From Staphylococcus phage LY01: DNA of 64,000 nucleotides. The notes under the pieces are model-generated. The model was not told the origin of the DNA. It made no database searches and was given only the letters and a program-made list of their open reading frames with translations. Below are positions 1 through 10,969 of the stretch, one piece after another. Position 1 is the stretch's first letter. Every line of letters starts with the position of its first letter. The translations under genes were made by a program, and so were the position numbers. The DNA is taken from sequence record OR836606.1. One strand, 5' to 3'.

Positions 1-1344
1 ATAGAACAGTTATCTGATAGAGAAATTGATCAAATTAATACTTATATTAAAGAAAGATTTGCTACATTAGAATTATATCAGAAGGCAGATGTTTTTAAAT
101 ATATTTATGATCAAATTACAATGGATAGACTTAATCCAACTGATTTATTAAAACAAGTAATTGATCCTATTTCTGATGTAAATAAAGTTATTAAAAGAAC
201 TTCTAATGGAGCAGGAAGTACTAAAAATAGCTTTATTAACTTTTTGGAAGTAGATAATGCTGTAGAAGTAATGGCGGATTCTATTGAAAAACTACGTAAT
301 CCATCTAATAAATTAAAAACTGGTTACAAAATGTTGAATAAAATGATTAATGGAGGTTTTGAGAATGGTCGTGTTTATTCATTCTTCGGGACACCAAAGT
401 CATTTAAATCAGGTACATTATTGAATATGTTAATGTCAGTTACATTGGCTAATAAAGCAAGTGATATACAGACAATAGATCCTAATAAGAAACCTGTAGT
501 GTATTATTTAACTATGGAAAATTCTATGAGTGAATCATTAGATCGTATGTATGAATATATTACTGGATATTCTATGAGTGAATCAGATCAAACTCCTCAA
601 GAATGTGTAAATGAATTAATTAAATATACTTATGAGAAAACAGGAATTAGTTTAGTTGTTGAATATAAGAAAAATAATGAAGTTTCAACTGACTATTTGT
701 ATGAAGTATATGAGAACTTAGCAGATCAAGGGTATCAAATGATTATGGTAGTACAAGACTATTTAAAACGTATTAGAGCTTCAGATCATATTGAAGACCT
801 ACGTATTAGACTTGGTGAAATTACAAATGAATTTACTGTATTCGCTAAAGAAAAAGAAATACCATTAGTAACAGCAGCACAATTAAACCGAGAGGCATAT
901 AGAAATGTAGAAAAAGCTTTATCTGAAAATAAAACAGATATTGCTAAACAATTAGATAGAAGTCAAATTGCAGAATCAGCTATGATATTAGAAAATCTTG
1001 ATTATGGATTAATCATAAATCGTGAGAATTCTAAAGATGAGGCAGTAGATGATTATCTATCATTTAAATTAATAGCTAGCCGTGGTAAAATGGGTGAGGA
1101 TCGAATTGAATATTTTGCTCAACCATTTGAAAATTCATTTAAACTTGCTGTTGATGAAGGAACAGCAGAAATTAAAGGCGTAGATTCTATTGGTTCTAAT
1201 TTAGAAAATACTATGGATTCTGAACGTGCTAAAAATAAGATGACGACTATAGCTAATCAATTTAAGTCAAATGCATTAGCACAATCATCCCCTTCACAAG
1301 AAGATAAAACATTTGAACCAGGTCAAATATTTGATGACTTTTAA
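1..1344 (+). CDS. DnaB-like replicative helicase, C-terminal RecA-like domain; 5'-partial, open frame runs off window start
   Basis: Frame is open from nt 1 into the 121..1344 ORF. The motif IPLVTAAQLNREAYRN resembles DnaB-family motif H4 (..QLNR..). There is a degenerate P-loop GTPKSFKSGT, and the acidic C-terminus is typical of phage replication helicases. Confidence 0.5.
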   Translation: MEQLSDREIDQINTYIKERFATLELYQKADVFKYIYDQITMDRLNPTDLLKQVIDPISDVNKVIKRTSNGAGSTKNSFINFLEVDNAVEVMADSIEKLRNPSNKLKTGYKMLNKMINGGFENGRVYSFFGTPKSFKSGTLLNMLMSVTLANKASDIQTIDPNKKPVVYYLTMENSMSESLDRMYEYITGYSMSESDQTPQECVNELIKYTYEKTGISLVVEYKKNNEVSTDYLYEVYENLADQGYQMIMVVQDYLKRIRASDHIEDLRIRLGEITNEFTVFAKEKEIPLVTAAQLNREAYRNVEKALSENKTDIAKQLDRSQIAESAMILENLDYGLIINRENSKDEAVDDYLSFKLIASRGKMGEDRIEYFAQPFENSFKLAVDEGTAEIKGVDSIGSNLENTMDSERAKNKMTTIANQFKSNALAQSSPSQEDKTFEPGQIFDDF

Positions 1345-1351
1345 AAATATT

Positions 1352-1383
1352 CCCCCTAATACTATTAATTTAGTATTAGGGGG
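1352..1383. terminator. bidirectional palindromic terminator CCCCCTAATAC-TATTAATTTA-GTATTAGGGGG between convergent genes
   Basis: Perfect 11-bp stem with a T-run on the + side. It sits between the stop of the 1..1344 gene and the stop of the 1400..2389 gene. Confidence 0.6.
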
Positions 1384-1399
1384 TTTATATTATTTTTTT

Positions 1400-2389
1400 T
1401 TATTTTTCGTTTAATTTAACAGAACCTGATTTTGGTTTATTTTCATTTTCAAGAGTTTTAGGTTTAACACCATCACCTGAAGGTTTAGTAGAACCATTTT
1501 CAGGTTTTACTTTACTATTCTGCTTAGTATTAACTTTAATTGTACCATTTTTAACTGCTTTTTGAACTTCACTCATGTTAAATGTGCTCAATTTAGATGT
1601 ATGAATTAATTCCATAATAGTATAATCTAAAGTAGCTTCTACTAAAGCATCCATATTAACTTCTTCTGCTGAAATTTCTTCTTTAAGATAAGTTTCATCA
1701 TTTACAATAGTATTGATAGCTGATTCATGTAAAGTACGGAATAAAGTCTTATTATTGTTTTTATGCGTATCAGCTAAACTTTCGTTTAATTTTTCACGAA
1801 CATCAACTAATTCAGATTCACGAATTACAGCCGATTCAATTTTCTTAGCAACTACATTTGTTAAGTAATCAAATTCAGTTCTACCTTTTTTGTATACCAC
1901 TTTAGCTCCTTTAATAGAATCTTTAGGATTAATAACTCCACGAGCATCTTTAGCGTATACATCCGCATTAAATTTAGCATTAGAAAATACTTCACTGCCT
2001 TGATAATCAGCTAATTCTGCATTAATTGCTTCATTAAAGAACATTCTACTTTTAGAAACAATTTTATCACGTAATTTAGATTTGTCAGCAATTTTATTAG
2101 GAAAAGAATTAAATACTAACGCTGAGAATAAAGTAGACATGATAGTCTGTGCGTTTAAATCTTTTAATTCTCTTTCTGATTTGTTTTTAGCGTTATCGAT
2201 AGCTTTTTTATTAGTCACACGTAATTTATTATTTCTACCTGCAATTAAGTCTTTTTCTTTTGAAACTTCTAATTCTTCATTAATCTGATCCGTGTATTTT
2301 TTCTGTTCTAAAGCATTAGCTGCTTTTCTATTCAAACTAGCTTGTTTTTTTCGGTAATCAGAAATAAATGTTTTAACCATTATATTCAT
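1400..2389 (-). CDS. hypothetical Lys-rich protein
   Basis: 329-aa ORF from the track; no recognisable motif. Confidence 0.45.
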   Translation of the reverse strand: MNIMVKTFISDYRKKQASLNRKAANALEQKKYTDQINEELEVSKEKDLIAGRNNKLRVTNKKAIDNAKNKSERELKDLNAQTIMSTLFSALVFNSFPNKIADKSKLRDKIVSKSRMFFNEAINAELADYQGSEVFSNAKFNADVYAKDARGVINPKDSIKGAKVVYKKGRTEFDYLTNVVAKKIESAVIRESELVDVREKLNESLADTHKNNNKTLFRTLHESAINTIVNDETYLKEEISAEEVNMDALVEATLDYTIMELIHTSKLSTFNMSEVQKAVKNGTIKVNTKQNSKVKPENGSTKPSGDGVKPKTLENENKPKSGSVKLNEK

Positions 2390-2418
2390 ACCTCTTTCTT
2401 TATATTTTAATTTTATTT

Positions 2419-5406
2419 TTATGAAATTGAATAAGTTATATTAACTACATCATCATAAGATAAACCTAAATCAATAACAGTTGTTCCATCCTCTGTATCT
2501 TCATTTCTTACTTCAACTTTATTATCTTTAAGAGATTTTTTGATATTAATAAATTCAGGGACGTATTCAATAATTTCTTGTTTACTTAGATCCATATAGT
2601 TTATATTAGTATTAATTAATTTTTGATAATGATTATCAACTTTCTCAGAATATTTTCCTGAAATGCCATTAAATACTATATATTTGATTATATCAAAATT
2701 TTCTTCTAATAGTCTGATTAGGTTAGATATAGGTAGGACTCCTTTTTCGTTACATGCTTCAACGAAATCAGAAATATAACGTTTAATCTCACCGTCTAAG
2801 AAATCATTAATAGGTGCATATAGTGTAATATCTAAATCTAGTAATATATCAGTTCTAGAGATATATTTATTAACTAAACTATCATCATCTAATTCTTTAT
2901 CCAAATAATAATTATTAGATGGTCCTTTAGTATTATAAAGTTTCATATCTATACTAGTATTATTTTGTAATCTAGGAATAGCATCTTCTAATATTTCTTT
3001 ATAACTTTCTAAGATATTATAGACTTCTTCATAATTATTCATAAAGTATCCTAATGAGAATAAAGGTACTAATTCAACTTTACAGCTATCTTCATTCATA
3101 GATACCGTACTACTCATTACTTGTGACATGTCTTTATAAATAGAAACTCCTTCAAAAGTTTCCATAGAACAAGCCAATGTGTAATCTCTAATTTCATCAT
3201 CTCTATGGTTAGGAAATTCATCTTTAAAGAAATTCATTTCATCAGATATATCAAGATCGTTGAAATATCTCATATCTTCATCTTTATAGAGTAAACCTAA
3301 TTTAACTACAAATTTTTCATCTATAAATACATTATCTTGCACTATGCCTTTATCGTTATAAAGTGAATCCGTTATAGATAATTTTCCATTATGGAAAGAT
3401 CTATTAGTAGATATCATCCCTGAATATAAAGAAGATTTATCTACAGTTGAATCTGATTCATCAATAATATTATTTTCAGACTCAATATTTTCTTCTGGAT
3501 TTAATTCAAAGTAACCATATCTTTCACCGGTTTCTTGAGAAATTAGTACAGCTCTAACTTTTAATAAGTCTTTCATTTCTTGAAGTGAACTATCCATGCC
3601 AATTTCTAAACTAAATTTAAATGTATCTGATTCCAAAGTATTTTTGAAATCATTTAATTTTTCTACATATAAATCAGTAGTCGTAATATTGTTAGGTATT
3701 AAATCATTAATATATTTATATTCAGTAGTAAATAGATCATTTACATGAAGCTTATAATAATTAGTAGATAAGAAAGGATATTTATTAATTTTAATTAAAT
3801 AAGGATTTACATAATATAAAGAATCTTTATCTTTTTCAAATTTCTCTTTCTCATCAACATCATCTAAGCCTTTTTCAATATGAATGTATTTTTTACTTTC
3901 TTGATCATATTTAAATAAGCTGTTTTCCGGTATTACATAGCCATCTTCTTCATTACCTAATGAAGTATTTCCTTCAAAATACTGTTTAGGGAATTCTATA
4001 TAAGGAGCAGTATTTGTAGGCATTACTTTACTATCACTGTCCCTCAATAATAGAAAAGCATTATACATACGTGTATAAAGATCATTACGTTTTTTAATGA
4101 AGTTAATAAATGAGTTATTAATATTGTTGTTATCATTAACATCATTAAAATAGTTTTTGATATCAAAATCAGTAATAATATTATCTCTAGTAATGGCTTT
4201 ATTGATTATTCTTCTTTTTTCAGTGTAAACATCTGGTCTATTCTGACCATCAACTGAATTACCTTTAGGAAGAATAGTTATTGGTACTTTTTCGAATGTA
4301 TTATCAGAATCTAAAGCCACATTTAAACTATCATTATAACTAAAGTTACCTCTTTCACCTTTAGTTGTTAAAGTCTCTACAATAACTTTACTATTGGCTT
4401 TAGGTCTAAAAGAATTAGCCATGTTTGAAAACGAAATTTCTAATGAGTTATTATCTTTAAAATTATAATAACAGAAAGGATTGTCGGTATCTGGAGTAAA
4501 AGTATTATTGAAATAAGTTTCCATAGGTTTTCTTACACCTAAGTATTCATAGAACACATTAAACCCGGCTAATTGATTTTCATAACTAACATTGAAATAA
4601 ATATTTTCAGCAATATCGTTACTAGTTATATTGAATTCTTTAGAAACTCTTTCTATTTGGTATAAATCTAAAGAGAAATACATATAATCTATACCATTTA
4701 TTATATTCTTAGTTACTTTAATATTATTATCTAAAATAGAAGAAAATTTAAATAGATCATTATCTATGTCATATCTCGCTGTGATTTTATAATCTATCGC
4801 ATCTTTTCCATCTCTAGTTATCGGATATTGTTTTAATACCATTGATACATCATAAGGTAAACAATATTTAAAACTACCTATCGTAAAATCTTGGTCTTTA
4901 GATAATTTTATCTCATAAGTTTTTAATGATTTCTTTTTATCAATTTCTTGAGTAGATACAATCTCTCTAGAAGGTAATTTTAATAAATCATCTTTTCTAA
5001 TAACAAAATCTACTTTAAAATTAGCAGGCTTAGCCATTTGAATAGGTACATTATACAATTTGGCAAAATTGTATATAGACATAGGAATAGAAGCTGTATT
5101 TAAGAATAATTCATCATATAATACGTTTCTATGATATATAGCATTTTTAATTTCATGTGAATTAATTTCATTAATATAGCCGAATAAACCAGCTTTTAAT
5201 AATGAAATTAGATCTTCATCTTCATTATCATCTATAGGAGTATTTTCAGTATCAATTTCAAAGAATTTAGTAGCCATATTAAACCACTTATCTTTAACAT
5301 CATATGAAGTGCTTCCTATCTTAATAACACTTTCAGTATCTATTTTAGCATTATTAAGGAAATCTATTTTCTCTTGTTCATTAGAGAAATACTGTGTTAT
5401 AGCCAT
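2419..5406 (-). CDS. hypothetical large protein (995 aa), possibly virion structural
   Basis: Long uninterrupted ORF. N/D/Y-rich composition is typical of phage structural proteins. No catalytic motif recognised. Confidence 0.45.
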   Translation of the reverse strand: MAITQYFSNEQEKIDFLNNAKIDTESVIKIGSTSYDVKDKWFNMATKFFEIDTENTPIDDNEDEDLISLLKAGLFGYINEINSHEIKNAIYHRNVLYDELFLNTASIPMSIYNFAKLYNVPIQMAKPANFKVDFVIRKDDLLKLPSREIVSTQEIDKKKSLKTYEIKLSKDQDFTIGSFKYCLPYDVSMVLKQYPITRDGKDAIDYKITARYDIDNDLFKFSSILDNNIKVTKNIINGIDYMYFSLDLYQIERVSKEFNITSNDIAENIYFNVSYENQLAGFNVFYEYLGVRKPMETYFNNTFTPDTDNPFCYYNFKDNNSLEISFSNMANSFRPKANSKVIVETLTTKGERGNFSYNDSLNVALDSDNTFEKVPITILPKGNSVDGQNRPDVYTEKRRIINKAITRDNIITDFDIKNYFNDVNDNNNINNSFINFIKKRNDLYTRMYNAFLLLRDSDSKVMPTNTAPYIEFPKQYFEGNTSLGNEEDGYVIPENSLFKYDQESKKYIHIEKGLDDVDEKEKFEKDKDSLYYVNPYLIKINKYPFLSTNYYKLHVNDLFTTEYKYINDLIPNNITTTDLYVEKLNDFKNTLESDTFKFSLEIGMDSSLQEMKDLLKVRAVLISQETGERYGYFELNPEENIESENNIIDESDSTVDKSSLYSGMISTNRSFHNGKLSITDSLYNDKGIVQDNVFIDEKFVVKLGLLYKDEDMRYFNDLDISDEMNFFKDEFPNHRDDEIRDYTLACSMETFEGVSIYKDMSQVMSSTVSMNEDSCKVELVPLFSLGYFMNNYEEVYNILESYKEILEDAIPRLQNNTSIDMKLYNTKGPSNNYYLDKELDDDSLVNKYISRTDILLDLDITLYAPINDFLDGEIKRYISDFVEACNEKGVLPISNLIRLLEENFDIIKYIVFNGISGKYSEKVDNHYQKLINTNINYMDLSKQEIIEYVPEFINIKKSLKDNKVEVRNEDTEDGTTVIDLGLSYDDVVNITYSIS

Positions 5407-5429
5407 TTACTACTTTCAACTCTCTTTCT

Positions 5430-6398
5430 TTATAAAAATCTTAATCTATATTTAGGTTTAGCTTTATCTTCTTTTCTTTGTCCCGCAACGATATAAGGGT
5501 TACCCGTATTAACTGGATACATTTCATCATAATCTAATTTTATACCCATAGTTGCATTATTAATATTAGCTCTAATAGGTTCAGTTCCAGAAGCATTAGC
5601 TATACTAGTAGACATTGTTGAAACTGAATTAAAGTCAACTAATATATCAGGATTCATATCTTCTTTATATGAATAAGCAAAATTAACTGAAACGTGAGGA
5701 ACTTCTGGGTCATCTCCAATATTTTGTGAGAATATATCATAAGGTACATTTATAGGGAAACATCCAGTATACTTAGAATAATGTAATACAGTTTCACCAT
5801 CAAAGTCTAATAAGAAATAATATATAGAACTAGTATAATCTATATAACGTTTATTTTTAGCATCATCTGAAGGAAATAAATAACCTCTAGTTACGCCTTC
5901 TATATATTCACTCCAAGCTTTAATTAAGTGTATAACATCTATTTCTTTATTTTCTTCAAAATCTACAGCTATTTCTCCACCAGCAACTGAATTAACTGTA
6001 CCTATTGGTAAATGCTGTTTATATCCGTAAAATGTTTCATGAAATTCTTTCATTGTTGTTTGTGTATCGGGAATAGATATCCCCATGAATCTATTTGAAA
6101 GGATTGGGATGAAAGGTCTACCTGAGCTTAAGGCACCGTTATTACTAAAATTTAAGCTTTTTAATAAATCAGGTTTAACTGATCTTAAATAAAGAAAGAA
6201 ACTTTCTCTCCCTATATTTTCTTCTACCAGATTTATTCTAGGTGCTGTTATGAAAATAAAAGGTAATCCTTTATTAAATATTTCTGAATTTTTATCTTTC
6301 ATTCTATATGGATTAAAGGATTTTATTTCTTTTATATCTCCTTCTTCTTTTAATGCTTTTTTAAACTTTTCTTCCGTAGTTTTCTTATCTTCAGCCAA
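5430..6398 (-). CDS. hypothetical protein
   Basis: 322-aa ORF closely following the 995-aa gene on the same strand. Confidence 0.45.
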   Translation of the reverse strand: MAEDKKTTEEKFKKALKEEGDIKEIKSFNPYRMKDKNSEIFNKGLPFIFITAPRINLVEENIGRESFFLYLRSVKPDLLKSLNFSNNGALSSGRPFIPILSNRFMGISIPDTQTTMKEFHETFYGYKQHLPIGTVNSVAGGEIAVDFEENKEIDVIHLIKAWSEYIEGVTRGYLFPSDDAKNKRYIDYTSSIYYFLLDFDGETVLHYSKYTGCFPINVPYDIFSQNIGDDPEVPHVSVNFAYSYKEDMNPDILVDFNSVSTMSTSIANASGTEPIRANINNATMGIKLDYDEMYPVNTGNPYIVAGQRKEDKAKPKYRLRFL

Positions 6399-6541
6399 TC
6401 TCTTTTACACCACCAATCATTATTTTTAATAAGGCTATGTTAAAGTAGATTTTCTGCAATAAATTAATTTATAAATTTATATTATAATTATGAAGTTGAT
6501 AATTATTATCAGCTAATTTAAATAAAAAGGATGGATTTAAA

Positions 6542-6988
6542 ATGTTAAATAAAATTAGAGAAATTAAAAATAGTAGAAAATTAGAGAAACAAAGAAAATT
6601 TCAAGAAGAATTAAAAGAAAAAGAAAGAATTGAAAGATCTCTAAAAGAGCAAGAAGAAAGACGTATAGCTGAAATAAAAGCTAGAGAAAAAGAAACAAGA
6701 GCTTTCTTAGAAAAAGAAGGTCTAATTAAATCTTATTTTGATAGATCTGTAAATGTAGACTACCAAGAAGCCAAACAATATCTTTTAAGAAACGGATTTA
6801 ATTGGTCTGACTTAAAAAGAATGAATAATTATAAGATATTTTTAGAAGCAAATTCATTAGTTGAATATAAGGCTAGGAAAGAAAATGTAAAAATAGAAAC
6901 TATAAAAGATGTTATTAGAGAGAAAAAATTATTAGAAGATCAAATAAAAGCAAAAATACACAACGATTATTTTGGAAGTTTTAGATAA
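6542..6988 (+). CDS. hypothetical charged coiled-coil (K/E/R-rich) protein
   Basis: ORF with an upstream AAAAAGGATGG RBS-like sequence. Confidence 0.4.
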   Translation: MLNKIREIKNSRKLEKQRKFQEELKEKERIERSLKEQEERRIAEIKAREKETRAFLEKEGLIKSYFDRSVNVDYQEAKQYLLRNGFNWSDLKRMNNYKIFLEANSLVEYKARKENVKIETIKDVIREKKLLEDQIKAKIHNDYFGSFR

Positions 6989-7016
6989 AAAAAAAAATAA
7001 AAAAGGGTGATTTAAT

Positions 7017-7514
7017 ATGTACAAAAGAATAACTGCAAAAGAAAAAGAAGAATTATATGGAAATTCAAATCGTTTTATTGATGAAAAATTTAAGATTGAT
7101 GTTTTTATAGAACTAAACAAAATGTTAAAAATGGGAATTGAAAATTGTAACTTATCTTTTAATAAATTGGCGGATACAGAACTAAATAATACTGGTAGAG
7201 AATTAGAATATTTAAATATTGAAGATATAAAAACGAAAACTAAGAAAGCTGTAGGTTTTACTGGAAAATTATTTGCAATAGATCAATTTGACAACCTTTA
7301 TTATACAGCAGGTAATACAGAATTTTATAAATTTGATTTAAATTTAACAAAATTCAGTAGAAATAAATTAGAAAAGAAAATTAAAAAGATGAAAATAGAA
7401 AATAGTCATTTACTTGATAATGGTTATATTAGAAATATTAAATATTCATTTGTAATTTACAATAAAAAAGGTGAGCCTGAATTTGATAGAAATTATTTTG
7501 AAAATAATTATTGA
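7017..7514 (+). CDS. hypothetical protein
   Basis: ORF preceded by AAAAGGGTGA; followed by hairpin GAGAAGTTAAGAAATTAACTTCTC. Confidence 0.4.
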   Translation: MYKRITAKEKEELYGNSNRFIDEKFKIDVFIELNKMLKMGIENCNLSFNKLADTELNNTGRELEYLNIEDIKTKTKKAVGFTGKLFAIDQFDNLYYTAGNTEFYKFDLNLTKFSRNKLEKKIKKMKIENSHLLDNGYIRNIKYSFVIYNKKGEPEFDRNYFENNY

Positions 7515-8072
7515 TTGAGGAAAATTAGTCTTATAATATTCATCGATAAGGGGGAATAAATCCCTCTTATTTTTTTTGTAAATAATTTTTAAATATATAT
7601 TATAAAAGTGAGAAGTTAAGAAATTAACTTCTCATTAATATACTATATTCTACTAAGATATATAAATATGCCGATTCATTTTTAGATCCCCTATACTAAA
7701 ATGAATGGAAGTATAAAATAACAAAATGTGGACAGAGTGAGTTAAACAATAAAAAGATTACCAAATGACATTAGGTCAACAATCAAAAAAGTCATATCTA
7801 TTGTATTTAAGGTGGTTAGACCGTTCACACATATTTATGTCATATATTAAATAGTAGCAATATAAATGGGGAGAGATTCAAAAATTGAATAAAGAAGATT
7901 ATTTGGAAAGAAAAATTAAAGATTTGGAAAATAGAATAAAAGAAATAGATGATAAAGGACATTTTTATGGAGTAGATAACTTTATAAATGATCATATACT
8001 ATCTAATTATAAATAAAGAATTACTTCTCGAATATAATAGATATTCAAAAATAACTCACTCATACAAAATTT

Positions 8073-8119
8073 AGTTATCGTGTCTTAGTTGATACGATAA
8101 CTAAATTTATTTTTTTTTA
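8073..8119 (+). terminator. rho-independent terminator AGTTATCGT-GTCTTAGTTGAT-ACGATAACT followed by a T-run
   Basis: 9-bp perfect stem followed by TTTATTTTTTTTT. Confidence 0.5.
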
Positions 8120-8191
8120 CTTTTTTATTGATTTTCATGATCAAACATATCTTTATAAAAATAATAAGAAAAAGAAAGGCGGAAATATAAA

Positions 8192-9661
8192 TTGGTCAAT
8201 AAAGTAAACCTATTTACAGATGTTATTTCTTTACTAAGAGACTCAACACCTGGTAAAGTAAGAGATAACTATGATAAAAATAAACCAAGAAAACGTTCAA
8301 TGAGATCTAGAGCAGGAGATTTCATTTTACAGTTTCCTTTAGTTACATCTGATACTATAGAGCAAGATACAGTTGAATTAATGAGAAACCAATTAGAATT
8401 AGAAAGAGCTTTTGAATTTGATTTTGTATTAACGAATTCACCCTTACAAACTTTTGATCCGAAAGATCCTACTTCATTTATGTCTGATTTGCATAATAAT
8501 GTAAATTTATCTGAAAGTACAAGAGAGGATATTAAAAGATCCAATGATTATTTATTAGAAACTCCTGAAGAAAAATTTAATATGAATTCTTTAAATGATA
8601 TGACTATCACTAGAGAAGAAATGAAAGAACTATTAAATGAATCAAATAGTGGTTATGTAGTAGAAGTCAATGGTGTAAAATATGATATTAGATTTGATAT
8701 AAATGATTTTGAATTATCAAAAAATACAAATAAAACTTATAATTTAGAAATATTTGAAGTTAAAGATGGTAAAGGGAAAGAATTTAAATTTAATAATATG
8801 TCAGAAAGTTCTAATAGAAATATAAATTCAGTATTTGACGGTAGATTAAAATCAAGTAACGGCAGCACTATGGAAAAAAATTCTGAATTAAAAAGAAAAT
8901 TCAGTGAAAATTATAAAGGTCAAATTACTAATACTATTAAAGATACAGAAAGAGATAATTTTGGAGCAAAAGTTACTATAGATAAAGAAAAAATAAATGC
9001 TTCTTTACCTACTACGATAACAACTACAATTAACTATGTACCTGCAGATAAAAACGGTAATCCTCTTCCAGCTTCAAATTATATACAAAAAGATACTAAA
9101 TTCGGTGTTAAGACAGTAGTTCATGTTGTTAAAACTGAAGACATCATTTTCTATCTTTCTGATAAATCTCGTAGTTCAAACTTAGTAACTAAATTAGTTA
9201 AATTTACTACAGGTGAATTACGTTTAGTTAAAGATTTATTATTAGATGCTGATAAAGTTAAGAAAATTGCACAAGATTCCAAAAAAGGACGTTCTGGAGC
9301 TATCTGGAACAAATTAAATTCTCTTTATACAGTTAATAAAGCTTCTAATGTAGCTAAATCAGCTAAAGCAAACTATGTTCCAACAACAGCTTTAATGATT
9401 ACTATTGATGAAGTTCAAGAAGTTAAACGTAAAACCGGCGTGAACTTATTATCTGACCGTAGAGCTGCTAAGAAAATTTATAATGAATTCTTCTTATTAG
9501 ACTTTATCGTAATAGATCAAACTAGAGAATTAGTTTATAAATATTTACCAGATCATAACAAATTTGAAGTTGTTAAAGAAAGTAAACTTGGTGCTTACAA
9601 AGTTAAGAATAACCAAAAAGATTTAACTTCTGAAATGCTTGAAAAATTATTAAAACGTTAA
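8192..9661 (+). CDS. hypothetical protein (489 aa), TTG start
   Basis: ORF track; GGCGGAAATATAAATTG upstream. Confidence 0.45.
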   Translation: MVNKVNLFTDVISLLRDSTPGKVRDNYDKNKPRKRSMRSRAGDFILQFPLVTSDTIEQDTVELMRNQLELERAFEFDFVLTNSPLQTFDPKDPTSFMSDLHNNVNLSESTREDIKRSNDYLLETPEEKFNMNSLNDMTITREEMKELLNESNSGYVVEVNGVKYDIRFDINDFELSKNTNKTYNLEIFEVKDGKGKEFKFNNMSESSNRNINSVFDGRLKSSNGSTMEKNSELKRKFSENYKGQITNTIKDTERDNFGAKVTIDKEKINASLPTTITTTINYVPADKNGNPLPASNYIQKDTKFGVKTVVHVVKTEDIIFYLSDKSRSSNLVTKLVKFTTGELRLVKDLLLDADKVKKIAQDSKKGRSGAIWNKLNSLYTVNKASNVAKSAKANYVPTTALMITIDEVQEVKRKTGVNLLSDRRAAKKIYNEFFLLDFIVIDQTRELVYKYLPDHNKFEVVKESKLGAYKVKNNQKDLTSEMLEKLLKR

Positions 9662-9838
9662 TTACTAGAAACAGTCATTATATAATAAGATATATTTCTT
9701 AATCTGAATAAATTAATGAAATTATATTTAGAACAAAAATTTATAAAATATAAAATGAAAATTTATATTAGCGTGTAGGTTTCATTTATTATTTTATTAT
9801 ATTTGTATTAACTCCTAGAAAGGAAGTGGAGATTCCCT

Positions 9839-10927
9839 GTGGAACTTCTTGAAAGAAAACATCTTCTAACTGAAGATGCAATTACACAAAGAGTTTTACA
9901 GGAATTCTCTTTACCATTCAGACCTTTTAAAAGATTAGAACCAGAAGAAAAAATGGAAGCTCTTTCGGTCGCAATCTCTAAAACGTCTGAAAAAATGTTG
10001 AAAAAATCTGGAAATAAAAATTTAAAATCGATCCTTTCTAGTAAAGGCGATTTTAAAAAGGTTAAAGCTTATAAAGATTTTGAAAAGACTTTTAATTACA
10101 TAAAGAGTCAAAAATCTAATAGTTTTGATCCTAAACTTATTTCCGTTTTTGATACTATTGAGAATTCTGTAAACTTACTTGAAAAAGAAAAAAATAACTT
10201 TAAAAAATGTTTTAATAATGGTAATGAAGTTGGTCAATTAGTTTATATTACTTTAGCATCATCGGTATTATTACTTACAACTCAATTATTCTTCTTAGGA
10301 TTCAATAATGAAGAAGGTAAATTAAAATTTGAAGGTAGTAAATTGAAAAAGAAAGAATCAGCTCAAGTAGATGCATTGGAAAATGTATTAACTATATATA
10401 AAAATGGTAAATTGAAAGAAATTTTTAAAGCTGATGGTTCTTATATTTCTACAAATGAAGGATTTAGTTTTAATGATGTTAAAAATGCAATTAAAGATAT
10501 TGATTTTAAAAAAATAGGTAAAGATATTGAAGCCAATAAACTAATTGGTAAAATAGTTAATTCAGATAAAAAATTAGGCGTTACTAGCAAAGTTGCTATT
10601 AGTGCTGCTGGTTTAGTCACTTTTTATGCTGTTTCAATAATTACTCTTTGGGCAATTAAGCAATCTTATATTCAAATTGTAAAAACCCGTTCAGATATCG
10701 CTGAGTATTTACGTGAAGCTGTTAAAATTATTGAAAACGAACAAAATAATGATTTATCAGATAGAGTACGTGAAAAACAAAATAAAGCTACTGAACGTTT
10801 AAATAAATTAGCTGATAAAATTGATATTGATTCCGGAGTAGCTGAAGTTCAAGCTAAATCAGAATCAGAACAAATCGATGCAGAAATAGGGAAAGAATTA
10901 GAAACTGATTTTAATATTAGTTTCTGA
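9839..10927 (+). CDS. hypothetical membrane-associated protein (two predicted TM helices), GTG start
   Basis: Hydrophobic segments LVYITLASSVLLLTTQLFFLGF and VAISAAGLVTFYAVSIITLWAI. RBS AGGAAGTGGAG. Confidence 0.45.
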   Translation: MELLERKHLLTEDAITQRVLQEFSLPFRPFKRLEPEEKMEALSVAISKTSEKMLKKSGNKNLKSILSSKGDFKKVKAYKDFEKTFNYIKSQKSNSFDPKLISVFDTIENSVNLLEKEKNNFKKCFNNGNEVGQLVYITLASSVLLLTTQLFFLGFNNEEGKLKFEGSKLKKKESAQVDALENVLTIYKNGKLKEIFKADGSYISTNEGFSFNDVKNAIKDIDFKKIGKDIEANKLIGKIVNSDKKLGVTSKVAISAAGLVTFYAVSIITLWAIKQSYIQIVKTRSDIAEYLREAVKIIENEQNNDLSDRVREKQNKATERLNKLADKIDIDSGVAEVQAKSESEQIDAEIGKELETDFNISF

Positions 10928-10969
10928 TATTAAAAATTTAAATTATAAAATAATGGAGGAAATTATATA

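Noticed and set aside
2082-2288. 68-aa plus-strand ORF inside the 1400..2389 gene.
   Set aside because: Antisense shadow ORF; no RBS.
7893-8018. 41-codon TTG-initiated ORF (LNKEDYLERKIKDLENRIKEIDDKGHFYGV..) in the 7.5-8.2 kb intergenic region.
   Set aside because: It is plausible (GGGGAGAG RBS-like upstream). But it is too short, and a TTG start without comparative support is not enough to call. Left unannotated.
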